A DNA stretch of 64,000 bases, taken from positions 2,061,737 through 2,125,736 of the forward strand of contig OY730441.1 in assembly GCA_963422665.1 (NCBI GenBank), in the 5' to 3' direction. The translations under genes were made by a program, and so were the position numbers. This DNA is from Alphaproteobacteria bacterium (GTDB lineage Bacteria; Pseudomonadota; Alphaproteobacteria; Bin95). The notes beneath the pieces are model-generated. The model did not search any database. It was given only the letters and a program-made list of their open reading frames with translations, and was not told the origin of the DNA. Of this stretch, positions 31,819 through 44,300 are shown piece after piece (within the stretch, counting starts at the first letter, position 1; every line of letters begins with the position of its first letter).

Positions 31819-33160
31819 TGAGGTGTCCCCGGAAAATCGGACAGGTTGTTAGGGTGTATTCCGCCGTCTGACGGAGGAATGCCGATGAGCAAGCGCCGCA
31901 GGTTTTCCGGGGAGTTGAAAGCGAAGCTCGTGCTTGAGGCGCTTCGGGGTGATCGGACGCTTCAGGAGATCGCCTCTCGGCGCCGGGTCCATCCGAACCA
32001 GGTGGGTGCGTGGAAGCGCCAGGCGATCGAGGGTCTGGCCGAGCTGTTCTCGAAGGGCGCGGAACGCCGGGTCCGGGATCATGAGGGCGAGGTGCGCGAT
32101 CTTCACGCCAGGATCGGGGAGCTGATCGTGGAGCGGGATTTTTTGTCTCGCGGGTCCGGTCGATGAGCCGGGCCGAGCGTCGGGCGATGGTGGAGCGCGA
32201 TCATCCGGCTCTGAGCCTGAACCGGCAATGCCGGCTGCTGTCGATCGGGCGCTCGTCGCTCTACTACGAGCCGAAGGGCGAGAGCGCCGAGACGCTGGCG
32301 CTGATGCGTCGGATCGACGAGCTGTTCGTGAAGTATCCGTTCTACGGCGCCCGCCAGATGGTTCGCCATCTTCGCCGCGAGGGGGTGCGGATCGGGCGCT
32401 GCCGGGCGGCTCGGCTGATGCGCCTGCTCGGCCTTCAGGCGGTCTATCGGGCGCTGCGGACCGGCGATCAGCATCCCGAGCACCGGGTGTGGCCCTGGCT
32501 GCTCAAGGGCTTGCGGATCGAGCGGGCGAACCATGTCCGGTGCGCCGACATCACCTGCATCCCGGTGCAGCGGGGCTTCCTCTACCTGGCGGCGATCATG
32601 GACTGGGCGAGCCGCCACGTATTGGCCTGGCAGCTGTCGAACACGCTGGATGCCGGCTTCTGCACGGACGCGCTCGACGAGGCCCTGGCCCGGCATGGCG
32701 CGCCGGAGATCTTCAACACCGACCAGGGGAGCCCGTTCACCAGCTTCGCCTTCACCGGCCGCCTGCAGGCGCCCGGCATCCGCATCTCGATGGACGGCCG
32801 GGGCCGGTGCATGGACAACATCTTCATTGAGCGGCTCTGGCGCTCGCTCAAATACGAGGCGGTCTACCTGCACGAGATCGCCGACGGCTTCACCGCCCGG
32901 CGCGTGATCGGCGAGTGGACCGGCTTCTACAACACCATCAGGCCGCACTCGGCGCTGGGCGGACGGACGCCGGCCGAGGCATACCGAGGTGACACGCCTG
33001 TGGATATGATGGACAAGCCGCTTCGCGCCTTGACCACACCCCCAAAGGCGCAACAGCAGCAACAGGAAGATCCATTCAAGGGGATTCTGGCGGCCTGAAC
33101 TTCAACCGGAACACACCTTAGCCCAGCCGCCAGGCTGTCCGAAAAGGCGAGGCCACCTCA
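31819..33160 (+). mobile_element. IS3-family element (orfA 31885-32166, orfB 32163-33098)
   Basis: Imperfect IRs TGAGGTGTCCCCGGAAAATCGGACAG / CTGTCCGAAAAGGCGAGGCCACCTCA with TG..CA ends. T-run at the orfA/B junction (ERDFL). ADIT..TDQG..ERLWRSLKYE. No target duplication. Confidence 0.92.
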
Positions 33161-34382
33161 GTTCGAGGCGGACCTGCTTCGCGAGACGATCGCCTTCACG
33201 GTCGAGCGTCCGATGGCGCTTGAGGTCGAGGGCCTTGCCGGGGCCGCGCATGGCGAGCGTTCGCCGGCCCTCACGCAGCGCAACGGCTACCGCGACCGGG
33301 TCCGGGAGACGCGGGCCGGCGCGGTCGAGTTGAAGCGCCCGAAGCGGCGCAAGGGGCGCTACCGCCCCGGCTTCCCGGAACCGCGCCGGATGGCGGAGAA
33401 GGCGCTGACTGCGGTGATCCGGGAGGCCTGCATCGAGGGCGTGTCGACCCGCTCGGTCGACGGCCCGGCGCAGGCCATGGGGATGTCGGGCCTCTCCGGG
33501 AGCCAGGTCTCGCGGCTGTGCGGCGGGATCGACGACAAGAGCCGCGACTTCCTCGACGCCCGCTGGAGGGCGACTGGCCGTATCTGTGGCGGGACGCGAC
33601 CTGTGCGAAGAGGCGCGAGACCGGGCGCGTCGTCCCGGTCGCGGTCACCATCGCGGCGGCGGTCAACGACCGGGGCCGCCGCGAGGGGCGCGGCATGGCG
33701 AGCGGCGCGTCCGAGGCCGGGACCTTCCGGACCGCGTTCCTTCGCTCCCCGGCCCGCCGCAGGCGGCGCGGCCTCAAGCTGGCGATCTGCGACGACCGCA
33801 AGGGCCTCAAGGCCGCCGCGACCCGCATCCCCGGCGCCGCATGGCAGCGCTGCCGCGCGCACTTCATGCGCAACCGGCTCGCTCATGCCGGCAAGCAGGG
33901 CCGGCGCGTCGTCTGCGCCTTCGTCACGACCGCCTTCGCCCAGGAGGATGCCGACAGCGCGTCCGCCCCGTGGCGCCAGGGCGCCGACCGGCTCGGGGCC
34001 AGGGCGGCGAAGCGCGCCGCTATCATGGACGAGGCCGAGCACGACGTCCCGGCCTGTATGACCTTCCCGGCCGCGCATCGCGCCAGGCTGCACGCGACAA
34101 ACCCGCTCGAACGCCTCCATGGCGAAGTCAAGCGACGCACCGATACCGTCGCCATCTTCCCCAACGAGGACGCCATCGCCCGGCCGATCGGCGCGAGCCT
34201 CCTCAAGCAGAACGACGAAGGGGCCGTCCAGAGAGCCGGATACATGACGCTGGAAGCCATCGCTCCCGTGAGCGACAATATAACCGTCAAGATGCCCGCC
34301 GCGGCAGACTGAGCGGCCCGGCCCCACCCGCCGGATACCGCAACGGACGCCAAGCTCTTACACCACCGGCTGGGACACGATC
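33161..34382 (+). mobile_element. IS256-family element, 5' truncated and frameshifted
   Basis: QRNGYRDR, GVSTRSVD, WQRC.AHFMRN, TNPLERL..EVKRRT, FPNEDA. Right end ...TACACCACCGGCTGGGACACGATC. Confidence 0.88.
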
Positions 34383-34464
34383 AGAAATTGATCGTCGTGC
34401 ACCGATACCCTCGACAACCGAAATACGATACGCCGGCTTCTTGCGCCCGGAATGTCATCGAGCA

Positions 34465-35054
34465 CTACCGGACTCCGGCGGCCGACTCGACATAGTCCCG
34501 CGCCAGCAAAAGGTCCTCCATGGAATCCTCAAGCATCAGCGACAGGGGCGATGCGCCGTCCAGCATGGAGTGCCGCTCGCGCAACCAGCCATTTTCCGCA
34601 GCCGGATCGCGGAACAGCGACCATAAGGTCCTGCGAATAGAAAAAGACAGGCAATTCTGTCCTGGATGTCCCGTCCGCGAAGCTGCCTTCGGCCATCCAG
34701 AACAGCCGCGACATACTCGAAATCCTCCGGGTCGAACCCGAGAAGCCGAACAGCATCCGGCCTGTCGAGACGCCAAGCTTCCAGCAACTTCCGGAGGAAT
34801 TGAACCGGTCCGGCCAATCTCCCCGCCGTCTCGCCTGCCGCGCCCGCGGCCGCCGTCATGCCGCCGGACCGACTATCCCCGACAGAGTCCGCAATTCCGT
34901 GGCGGCCTTGGGGGACCCATCTCACAGGGGCCGGGCGGCCATCTCGATCAGCTCTGAAGCACCCGTTTCCATGAATGTTGAATTTCCTGAGAACCTCATC
35001 AGGGAGACTGGAAAGATCGCCGGCGTCCCCGTTCTCGGCAACTATGTTCGACAC
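34465..35054 (-). pseudogene. Xre/MbcA/ParS-like antitoxin (DUF2384-like C-terminus), frameshift near 34641-34645
   Basis: LLEAWRL...AVRLLG...DRIACLF, then the next frame SIRRTLWSLFRD...WLRERHSMLDGASPLSLML..SMEDLLLARDYVE. Confidence 0.65.
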
Positions 35055-35533
35055 TATCCGATTTCCTTGTCGACATGCAGCGGAACGAACAGCACGAAGC
35101 CGTCGGCGCCTGCGACTCCTGCATCCCCTTTCTCAAATCCCTCGCCACCTGTCCCGCCGCCGCCCTGACCGATCTCGATTTCGAACCGGTCGCCTTGGGA
35201 CAAGCCCTGGAGTTCGACAATCCGGGTTTCTCCGGGGAACCCCTTGCCGCCATTGCCGCCGTTCGACACCGGCCGATTGTCCGCCGAAGGCGCGACGGCC
35301 CCGCGCCCTCCACCGCCGCCGGAACCGTAATCGCAACCCTTGCCGTTCTTCCCGCTTGCGGGCCGCCCCGCATCGAGACCGCCGCCGTCGCCGCCGGACG
35401 CGCCTGTAACGATGGCAAGGCCGGCCATTGCGGCCCAAGGCCAATCGAAACTTCCCGATTCGGTAATCCGTTGCAGCGCGGCGTCCCGCACCGCATGCCT
35501 CCGGCTATGCTGGCGCCCGGCCCGCAATGGCAC
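35054..35533 (-). CDS. glycine-rich hypothetical protein (start uncertain; possibly a remnant)
   Basis: GSGGGGGRG...GGNGGKG.PGE....L..GDRFEIEIGQGGGG..G..G.DGFVLF. Stop TAG overlaps the GTG of the next gene. Confidence 0.45.
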   Translation of the reverse strand: MPLRAGRQHSRRHAVRDAALQRITESGSFDWPWAAMAGLAIVTGASGGDGGGLDAGRPASGKNGKGCDYGSGGGGGRGAVAPSADNRPVSNGGNGGKGFPGETRIVELQGLSQGDRFEIEIGQGGGGTGGEGFEKGDAGVAGADGFVLFVPLHVDKEIG

Positions 35534-35650
35534 CCTGACACTAAATTCTGGTTCAGTCCGGGTCTTGTGTCCAGCGAAGCTCCACCTTCGCGCTTGCCGG
35601 GAAGCAGTCGGGACCGGTCTGGCGGCACGATGGCTTGGGCCGATTACCCC

Positions 35651-36475
35651 TTAGCAATCCGGCGGGTCGAGCAGTTCGAGGTCTTTCAGGCGATAGCGGA
35701 TCGTGAAATCGGGGAAGGCGATCTCGGCGTCGCCGCCGACGCCGTTCTCGTAGAACCATTCGGTCGACTCGAAGGCGGGTATCATGTCGTCGTTCGCGCC
35801 GAAAAAGGCGACCCGCGCCCGCCAGCGCGCAAGACCGGCCAGTTCCTCCGGCGCCGCGCCCGCCGCGCTGTTCGGCAATACCAGGAGACTTGCGGTCAGG
35901 AGGTCGTCCTCGTCCTCGCCGAAGAAGATCGTGCGCGTGAACAGGCCGCCGCCGGTCCGGGCGTGCTCGATGACCTCCTCCACCCAGGCGCCGGGGAACA
36001 GCGTGCCGGGCGCGAGCGCGAGGCGGCGTCCTTCCGGCCGGCTATAGACGACCTCGCCGCCTGCGCCGGGCGCCGGAAGACGCGCCCTGCCGCGGCGCTC
36101 CTGGACGGGAACGCCGGTCCGGCTGGTCTTGCCGGAGAAGCCGTAAGCCGTTCCGTCCAGCCGTTCCCACGCCGAAAAGTCCACCCTCACGGCGACCGGG
36201 GGCCCCTCGTCCGACCGGATGAGCAGGCGGGTCTCGCGGTTCACGACCGTTCGTTCGCAATCGGAAGTCCACTCATAGGCCGCCGCTCCCGACAAGCCGC
36301 CGATGCCGGAGGATGCGCCGGCGCGGACAAGCCCGACCTCGTAGAACGCCCGGTGCGGCGCGACACCGCCGGCCGCCGCCTCCGTCCCCGCTGTGGCTGC
36401 CAGCAGGGCGAGTCCGGCCAGGGCGGCTCGTCCTCCAGGGCGGCCGAGGCGCTGTCCGGTATGTCCCGAACCCAT
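35651..36475 (-). CDS. eipB: cell envelope integrity protein EipB (DUF1849)
   Basis: Signal peptide, PHRAFYEV, WERLDG..Y.F, GTLFP, ENGV motifs. Confidence 0.82.
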   Translation of the reverse strand: MGSGHTGQRLGRPGGRAALAGLALLAATAGTEAAAGGVAPHRAFYEVGLVRAGASSGIGGLSGAAAYEWTSDCERTVVNRETRLLIRSDEGPPVAVRVDFSAWERLDGTAYGFSGKTSRTGVPVQERRGRARLPAPGAGGEVVYSRPEGRRLALAPGTLFPGAWVEEVIEHARTGGGLFTRTIFFGEDEDDLLTASLLVLPNSAAGAAPEELAGLARWRARVAFFGANDDMIPAFESTEWFYENGVGGDAEIAFPDFTIRYRLKDLELLDPPDC

Positions 36476-36540
36476 GTCCGGCCTCCCCGTCCGATGCTTC
36501 CCGTTATACCGGATTGCGCCGGAAGGGAAACCGCGCCCGA

Positions 36541-36569
36541 TTGCCCGGCGGCGCCTTCCGCCCTATATT
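36541..36569 (+). promoter_or_regulatory. sigma70-type promoter of ssrA
   Basis: TTGCCC-N17-TATATT immediately upstream of the tmRNA. Confidence 0.6.
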
Positions 36570-36574
36570 GAAGA

Positions 36575-36833
36575 CGCTGGATACAACCGGCTATGGCGAT
36601 AAACGCTATGCGGAATAAGCGTTGCGGACCCGGGGGCAGTACCCGGCGCCTCCACCATCCACGGGGGCGAACCAGGATCGACGTGCGTGGTAAAGGCATG
36701 GTCTTCGCTCGGCATGGCACCACCGTTATCGGGCCGCAACTCAAGTGCGAACGACAATGAGGTCGCACTCGCTGCCTGATCGCTGATTCGGCAAGCGCGG
36801 TTTGGAGGGCACCGGGCAACAGAAGCCCTCCAT
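36575..36833 (+). ncRNA. ssrA: circularly permuted two-piece tmRNA
   Basis: Acceptor piece ends GACCCGGGGGCAGTACCCGGCGCCTCCACCA (36657). Coding piece starts GGGGGCGAA..GGATCGAC (36663). Tag GCG AAC GAC AAT GAG GTC GCA CTC GCT GCC TGA = ANDNEVALAA* (36747-36779). 3' hairpin present, and sspB follows. Ends approximate. Confidence 0.95.
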
Positions 36834-36861
36834 CCGCACCGTTCGGGGGGTGGGGGGAGCG

Positions 36862-37341
36862 ATGGCCGAGGACTTCCTGGAATACGACCGGCTGGTCGAG
36901 GATGCGATGCGCGGCGTCGTCCGGCGCGCGCTTGAGGAAGCGGCCGAAAAGGGCCTGCCCGGTAACCACCATTTCTACATCACCTTTGCGACCCGCCATC
37001 CGGCCACAGCGGTGCCGCCGCGTCTCGCCGCGCAATATCCCGACACCATGACCATCGTGCTCCAGCACCAGTATTACGGGCTGGAGGTCCATTCGACCCA
37101 TTTCGAGGTCACGCTCTCCTTCAACCGCATGCAGGAGCGCCTGCATATTCCCTGGGAGGCGGTGACCGTGTTCCACGACCCGTCGGTCGATTTCGGCCTG
37201 CGCTTCTCCCGCCAGGGCGTCGAGCCGCTGCTGCCGGCCGAGGAGGCCGGGGAAGACGAGGCCGGGCAGCCGGAGGGCGGCAAGAGGGACAAGGGCGGCG
37301 GCGGCAATGTCGTGTCGCTGGACCGTTTCCGCAAGAAATAA
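36862..37341 (+). CDS. sspB: ClpXP adaptor SspB (alphaproteobacterial type)
   Basis: [35 protein letters not shown]-terminal [11 protein letters not shown]. Confidence 0.95.
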   Translation: MAEDFLEYDRLVEDAMRGVVRRALEEAAEKGLPGNHHFYITFATRHPATAVPPRLAAQYPDTMTIVLQHQYYGLEVHSTHFEVTLSFNRMQERLHIPWEAVTVFHDPSVDFGLRFSRQGVEPLLPAEEAGEDEAGQPEGGKRDKGGGGNVVSLDRFRKK

Positions 37342-37352
37342 GGGGCGCGCCC

Positions 37353-38963
37353 ATGCCCGAATTCGCCTTCCACGAAATGTTCCCGCTCGCCAAGGGCCAG
37401 CTCCCCTGGCGCCGGCTGGAGGGGGATTTCGTTTCCGTCGAGCGGTTCCGGGACAGGGATTTCGTCTGCGTCGAGCCGGAAGCGCTGAGCCTGCTTGCGC
37501 GCGAGGCCTTCCACGATATCTCGCACCTGCTGCGTCCGGGGCATCTGGCGCAGCTCGCGTCGATCCTCGACGACCCCGAAGCCTCGCCCAACGACCGTTT
37601 CGTCGCGCTGGACCTCCTGAAGAACGCGAATATCGCCGCGGGCGGCGTGCTGCCCATGTGCCAGGACACCGGCACCGCCATCGTCATGGGCAAGAAGGGC
37701 GAGCGGGTGCTGACCGGCGGCGGGGACGAGGAGGCGCTCTCGCGCGGCATCTTCCGCGCCTATACGGAGGACAATCTGCGCTATTCGCAGCTCTCGCCCG
37801 TTTCCATGTTCGAGGAGCGCAACACCGGCTCCAACCTGCCGGCCCAGTTCGACCTCTATGCGGCGCCGGGCGAGGAATACGAGCTGCTGTTCATCGCCAA
37901 GGGCGGCGGGTCTGCGAACAAGTCCTTCCTCTACCAGGCGACGCCCGCGACCCTGCATCCGGACCGGCTGCTCGCCTTCATCGACGAGAAGATCCGCACG
38001 CTCGGCACCGCCGCCTGCCCGCCATACCATCTGGCGGTCGTCGTCGGCGGCACCTCGGCGGAGATGAACCTGAAGACCGTCAAGCTCGCCAGCACCGGCT
38101 ATCTCGACGGGCTGCCGACCGGGGGCGGGCCGCATGGCAGCGCCTACCGGGACCGGGAGACCGAGGAGAAGATTCTGGAGGCGACGCGGGCCATGGGCAT
38201 CGGCGCGCAATTCGGCGGCAAGTATTTCTGCCACGATGTGCGGGTGGTGCGCCTGCCGCGCCACGGCGCCTCGCTGCCCATCGGCATCGGCGTGTCCTGC
38301 TCGGCCGACCGCCAGGCGCTGGCCCGGATCACCCGCGACGGCGTGTTCCTGGAGGCGCTCGAGCGCGACCCGGCGCGCTTCCTGCCGGAGACGGACGCGG
38401 GCACGCTCGGCGGCGAGGTGGTTGCGCTGGACCTCAACCGGCCGATGGACGAAATCCGGGCCGAACTCTCGCGCCATCCGATCCGCACCCGCCTTGCTCT
38501 GACCGGCCCGATCGCGGTCGCGCGCGACCTCGCGCACCGGAAGATCGAGGCGAGGCTGGCCGCGGGCGAGCCGATGCCGGACTATTTCCGCGACTACCCG
38601 ATCTACTATGCCGGCCCCGCCAAGACGCCGGAGGGCATGGCGTCCGGCTCCTTCGGCCCCACCACGGCGGGGCGCATGGACGCTTTCGTGGACGCCTTTC
38701 AGGCCGCCGGCGGCAGCCATGTGATGCTCGCCAAGGGCAACCGCTCCGCCCAGGTGACGGCGGCCTGCAAGGCGCATGGCGGCTTCTATCTGGGCTCGGT
38801 CGGCGGCTCTGCGGCGCGTCTGGCGCAGGACCATATCCGCCGGGTCGAGCTGCTGGAATATCCGGAGCTCGGCATGGAGGCGATCTGGCGCATCGAGGTC
38901 GAGGACTTCCCCGCCTTTATCGTCATCGACGACAAGGGCAACGACTTCTTCGCCGGGATTTGA
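37353..38963 (+). CDS. fumA: class I (Fe-S) fumarate hydratase
   Basis: [48 protein letters not shown]. Confidence 0.96.
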   Translation: MPEFAFHEMFPLAKGQLPWRRLEGDFVSVERFRDRDFVCVEPEALSLLAREAFHDISHLLRPGHLAQLASILDDPEASPNDRFVALDLLKNANIAAGGVLPMCQDTGTAIVMGKKGERVLTGGGDEEALSRGIFRAYTEDNLRYSQLSPVSMFEERNTGSNLPAQFDLYAAPGEEYELLFIAKGGGSANKSFLYQATPATLHPDRLLAFIDEKIRTLGTAACPPYHLAVVVGGTSAEMNLKTVKLASTGYLDGLPTGGGPHGSAYRDRETEEKILEATRAMGIGAQFGGKYFCHDVRVVRLPRHGASLPIGIGVSCSADRQALARITRDGVFLEALERDPARFLPETDAGTLGGEVVALDLNRPMDEIRAELSRHPIRTRLALTGPIAVARDLAHRKIEARLAAGEPMPDYFRDYPIYYAGPAKTPEGMASGSFGPTTAGRMDAFVDAFQAAGGSHVMLAKGNRSAQVTAACKAHGGFYLGSVGGSAARLAQDHIRRVELLEYPELGMEAIWRIEVEDFPAFIVIDDKGNDFFAGI

Positions 38964-39017
38964 GTGGAAGGGAGATTTCCCCGCGGGCGGCGGTGCGCCC
39001 GCGGGGAAGAAGCCGGA

Positions 39018-40091
39018 TCAGGTGATCGCGACGGGGTTGCCGATGGAGCCGGTGCCGCCCTTGATCGGCAGCGGCGCGAACACATAGACGAACTGGTACG
39101 CCCCGTCGGCGATCAACTCGTCGAAGACCAGGTTCTCGTGGATGTAGATGCCGTTGCGGGTGATGAGCTCGTTATGCACCACGAACGCCTTCTTCGGGTC
39201 CGGGTTCGGCACCACCTCGACCGGCCAGGTGTCGCCGCCGACAAGGCACACGCCCTTGTCCACGAGGATCTTCGCGACGTCCATGCCGATGCCGGGGCAG
39301 CCGGAGTTGAAGCGGTCGTTGTTCTTCATCCAGAGGTCGCCCCAGCCGGTGTTGAAGAACACGGCGTCGCCTTCCTTCACGTCGTCTAGCGACATGCCCT
39401 GCGCGGCGAGCGCGGTATCGACATGGGCCGGCGTGATCTCGTTGCCGGCGTCCCAGGCCTGCTGCGGCTTCACATTGACCAGGTGGCCGCGGGTGAAGAA
39501 CGGCTTGACCTGCTCCACGCCGATCTTCTGGAGCCCGTAGGCGCCTTCGACCTCGGCCCCGGTGAAGCCGTTATAGTAGCGGTGGTCCGCCTTGTCGGTC
39601 GCCGAGCCGACGATGGCGCCGATATGGCCGAGCCCGTCGAACTGGGTGCCGACCTGGCCGATTTCGGTCGCGAGATACTCGTCGTTATAGACCAGCATGT
39701 TCTCGCCGAACGGGCCGCCGGTCGGGGCGCCGGGGATGCGGAGCGCAAAGCCGCGCGGGCCGAAGAACGGGATGCCCGGCTCGTAGTCGCGCCCGATGCG
39801 GCGGACCTTGCCGTTCCTGATCCACTTCACGGCGTCGAGCGTCTTCTCCGGCGTCATCCAGTTGGAGGCGCCGGCCTGGTCGCCCTCGCCCCAGCGCGAC
39901 GGCCACCATTTCTCGCCGATAGGCGTCATGTGGCTGTCCGCCCTGGCCTCCCGGACGCCGCCGCCGGTCATCGCCGCGCCGGCGGCCGCCACCGCGCCGG
40001 CGCCGACGGCGGCCGTGCGCATGAAACTCCGACGATCCGGCGACTCGATATCGGCCGTCTTCGGCAGCGACTCGAACTTGCTGAAGATCAT
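39018..40091 (-). CDS. cyclase/kynurenine-formamidase-family metal hydrolase with Tat signal
   Basis: DRRSFMR plus h-region and [43 protein letters not shown]. Confidence 0.85.
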   Translation of the reverse strand: MIFSKFESLPKTADIESPDRRSFMRTAAVGAGAVAAAGAAMTGGGVREARADSHMTPIGEKWWPSRWGEGDQAGASNWMTPEKTLDAVKWIRNGKVRRIGRDYEPGIPFFGPRGFALRIPGAPTGGPFGENMLVYNDEYLATEIGQVGTQFDGLGHIGAIVGSATDKADHRYYNGFTGAEVEGAYGLQKIGVEQVKPFFTRGHLVNVKPQQAWDAGNEITPAHVDTALAAQGMSLDDVKEGDAVFFNTGWGDLWMKNNDRFNSGCPGIGMDVAKILVDKGVCLVGGDTWPVEVVPNPDPKKAFVVHNELITRNGIYIHENLVFDELIADGAYQFVYVFAPLPIKGGTGSIGNPVAIT

Positions 40092-40192
40092 GTGCCTGTC
40101 TCCCTTGCGGCAACTCCGGTAATAGTAGAAGCGTATCCTGTGCCCCGTTGCGGCGGCAGGTCAAGGCGGGACGAGCGAGAAAAGCGGAGCCG

Positions 40193-41197
<1,005 letters not shown>

Positions 41198-41230
41198 TCC
41201 GCCGCGCCGGGACCTGGCGCATTTTGGATA

Positions 41231-41260
41231 TTGACACGGCGCCGGCCGGCATTCGATGCT
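41231..41260 (+). promoter_or_regulatory. putative sigma70 promoter of the autotransporter
   Basis: Perfect TTGACA with a weak -10 (GATGCT) at 18-nt spacing. Confidence 0.4.
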
Positions 41261-41318
41261 TGACGGACCAAGCGACAGCCCTGCGGGGTCGCCGGATAGC
41301 GTTTGGAAGCAGGAGAAC

Positions 41319-44300
41319 TTGAAATCCATGTGTTTGTTCCGCCGTTCAGAAATTCTGCCCCCCCCCCCCGCAGTTTTATTGTCAACGAACGCGCCTGACG
41401 CCCGTTGCCGGCGCCATCGCGGGTGCCGGTTTGCTGTTTTTCGCAACGGCCCCCTACGTTCCCGCGCAGGCGACGGTGACCTGCGGCGCCTCCTGGAAGC
41501 AGGGAACCCTGGATGGCGGCGGCGGATGGACGGCCGGGGCCGGCAGGGATTACCGGGTCGTCTGCACCGGCGACGCCAACCGCGACACCCTGGACCTCGG
41601 CGACCTGCCGCCCCCTCCGGCCGGCGCCGGCCGGCTCATCGCCGACATCGCCGACGCGAATATCGATTTCGCCAAAGACGACCTGACCGATGTCGAGACC
41701 GCACGCTGGGTGCTGACCGGCGCGCTGGGAGCGCCGGGCGGGGACGACGGTGGCCTCGATATCGACATCGACAGTTTCGCATCTCCGGACAACGCCTTCA
41801 CCCTGGAATCCTTCGCGGCCATCCATGCCTCCGAGGCTTCCACGCGGGGCATACGGCTTCGGAACCGGGACACGGGGCATACGGACCATATCGTTGCGAT
41901 CAACCACGGCGCCATAACCACCAGTGGTGAAGACTGGGCCCGAGGGATGGAGGTCCGGACCGGGTCGAGGAGCGCGGAGGCGCACGCCCGGGCCGTCAAC
42001 AAGGGCACGGTCTCCACCAGCGGGGCCGGCGCGAGCGGCGTTTACGCCAGGGTCGGGTCGACCGGGGCCGGAACGGCGACCGCGGTCAACGAGGGGAGGA
42101 TCGAGACCTCCGGCGGCTACAAGAGGGGGGTGGACGGCAGCGAGTCGCGCTACGCCGGCGCCGGCGCCGACGGCCTGCGGGCGAGCAATGACGGCAGCGG
42201 CAAGGCGCAAGCGACCAACGAGGCCGGCGGCGTCATCGAAGTCAGCGGCGGCGGAGCGCGCGGCATATGGGCCTGGGCCGGCAATGGCGCCGCCACCGCG
42301 ACCAACCGGGGGACGGTGACCGCGACCGGCGACAGCACCACCGCGTCTCCGAGGCGTACCGCAGGCGGCGTAACGGCCGGTTCGGTTGGCGGCGTTGCGC
42401 GCGCGGTGAACGAAGTCGGCGGCAAGATCACGACCGGCAGCAAGGACCAGACTTCCGGCGCGCTCAGCGGCGGGACCGGGTGGACGGGTATCCGGGCAAG
42501 CAATGAGGGCAGCGCCGGCGAAGCCCGGGCGGTGAACCGGGGTTCGGTCACCACCTATGGCGACATGCTGGTAAGCGGGACATACCGGCGGCCCTCCAAC
42601 GGCATGCGCGCCTGGTCGGCGAGGCAGTCGGCCTATGGCAAAAACAGCGGCGATATCCGGACCGAGGGCCGAAGCGCTTCGGGCCTCTCCACGAGTTCGC
42701 AGCGCGGCGGCGACGGCGAGAAGGCCGTCGCCGTCAATTCCGGCGACATCGTCACCACGGGCGGCCTCATGCCGGAGGACGACGGTAGTTACGCCGGCGC
42801 CGGGGGCGTGTTCGTCTATACTGGCGGGGGCGCGGCGGCGAAAGCGACCAACGAGGCCGGCGGCAGCATCGACGTCGGCGGAGACGGCGTGCGCGGCATA
42901 ATTATCTACGCCGACAACTTTGCGGTGCAGGGTTCGGCGAGCGGCGACGCGACGGCGGAGAATTCGGGCCGCATCGTCACCCGGGGCGACGCCCAAAAGA
43001 TGAGCAGCTACTGGAACGGCGCCCATGGCATCATGTCCTGGTCGGCGGACGGAACGGCGACTGCGAGAAACCGCGGCGCCATCGACACGCACGGCCTGGC
43101 CTCCTACGGTGTGTTCGCGACCTCGGTCAAAGGAGACGCCGTGGTGAAGAACGCCGGCACGATCACGACTCACGCAACCGAGTCGGACGCCACGCTGCCC
43201 GGCGAAGACGGGCGGGCGGGCGGCTCGCACGGCCTCTATGCGGGCCTCTATCGGTCGAACGCCGGCAATGTGAAAGCGGTCAATACCGGCGCGATTACCG
43301 TATCGGGCGCCGGCACGCGCGGCATCAAGGCGATCACCTTCGGCGCCGGCCGGGCCACCGTCCTCGCCGACGGCGGCAGGGTCACCGCCAGCCACGACGA
43401 CGCCGACGACGCGAACGACGGCGTCGGCATCCATGCCTCCAGCGGCGCGGCGGGCGGCATCGATGTGACGGTCCGCAACGGCGCGGTCATCGACGCGCCG
43501 CAGGCGCTGCTGCTCGAAGGCGCGCCGGCGACGGTCGCCGTGACGGCGAGCGAGTTGATCGGCCGGGTGACTTTCGGCGGGCGCGACGACAGAATGACCG
43601 TCAATGCCGGCATTCTGCGCGGCCCGGTCGCCTTCGGGGACGGCGCGGACACGCTCCGCGTCCGGAACAACGGCTATTTCGAGGGCGGACTCGACTTCGG
43701 CGCCGGCAACGACATGCTTGAGGTCCTGAACGGCGGTTATTTCGGCGGCGATATCGATTTCGGCGCCGGCACGGACACGCTCCGCGTCACCAATGGCGGC
43801 TATTTCGCCGGGGCCATTACCGGGCTGACGGACTTCACGGGGTCCGGCGGCGAGATCCGCCTCGACGCCGTGACCTTCAGCGGCAGCAGCGCCACATTCA
43901 CCGACGATGCGGAACTGTCCATCTTCGGCGCCTTCGACCTGGGCGACACGGGGACGATGACGATCCATGACGGGTCCCGCGTCCAGCTCTTCGCCACGAC
44001 GACGGACGACGACAAGGTCGTGCTGCCGCAGATCCGCGCCGGCGGCGGAGTCTCCTGCCGGGACGGGGACAGGGCGGAAACCGGCTGCACCCTGTATCTC
44101 CAGAACGACCTGAACACCCAAGCAACGGCGGGGGAGATGGCGCGGAACGCCGTCTCGCGCGACACGGAGCTGAGCGGAGAGGAAGTAAGGTACCTGACGC
44201 GGGACGATGACGGAAACGAGGAACTCATTGGAACCGCCGAGGTGATGGCCGACGGATCGCAGGGGACGCAGGACATCGCGGAGGAAGCGAAGGCGCATCA

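Noticed and set aside
28876-35640. Complete retron or other RT system
   Set aside because: No reverse transcriptase motif (YADD-like) or msr-msd-like inverted repeats were recognisable.
28860-36660. Island integrated at ssrA
   Set aside because: There is no integrase and no duplicated ssrA end, and the core gene eipB separates the islet from ssrA.
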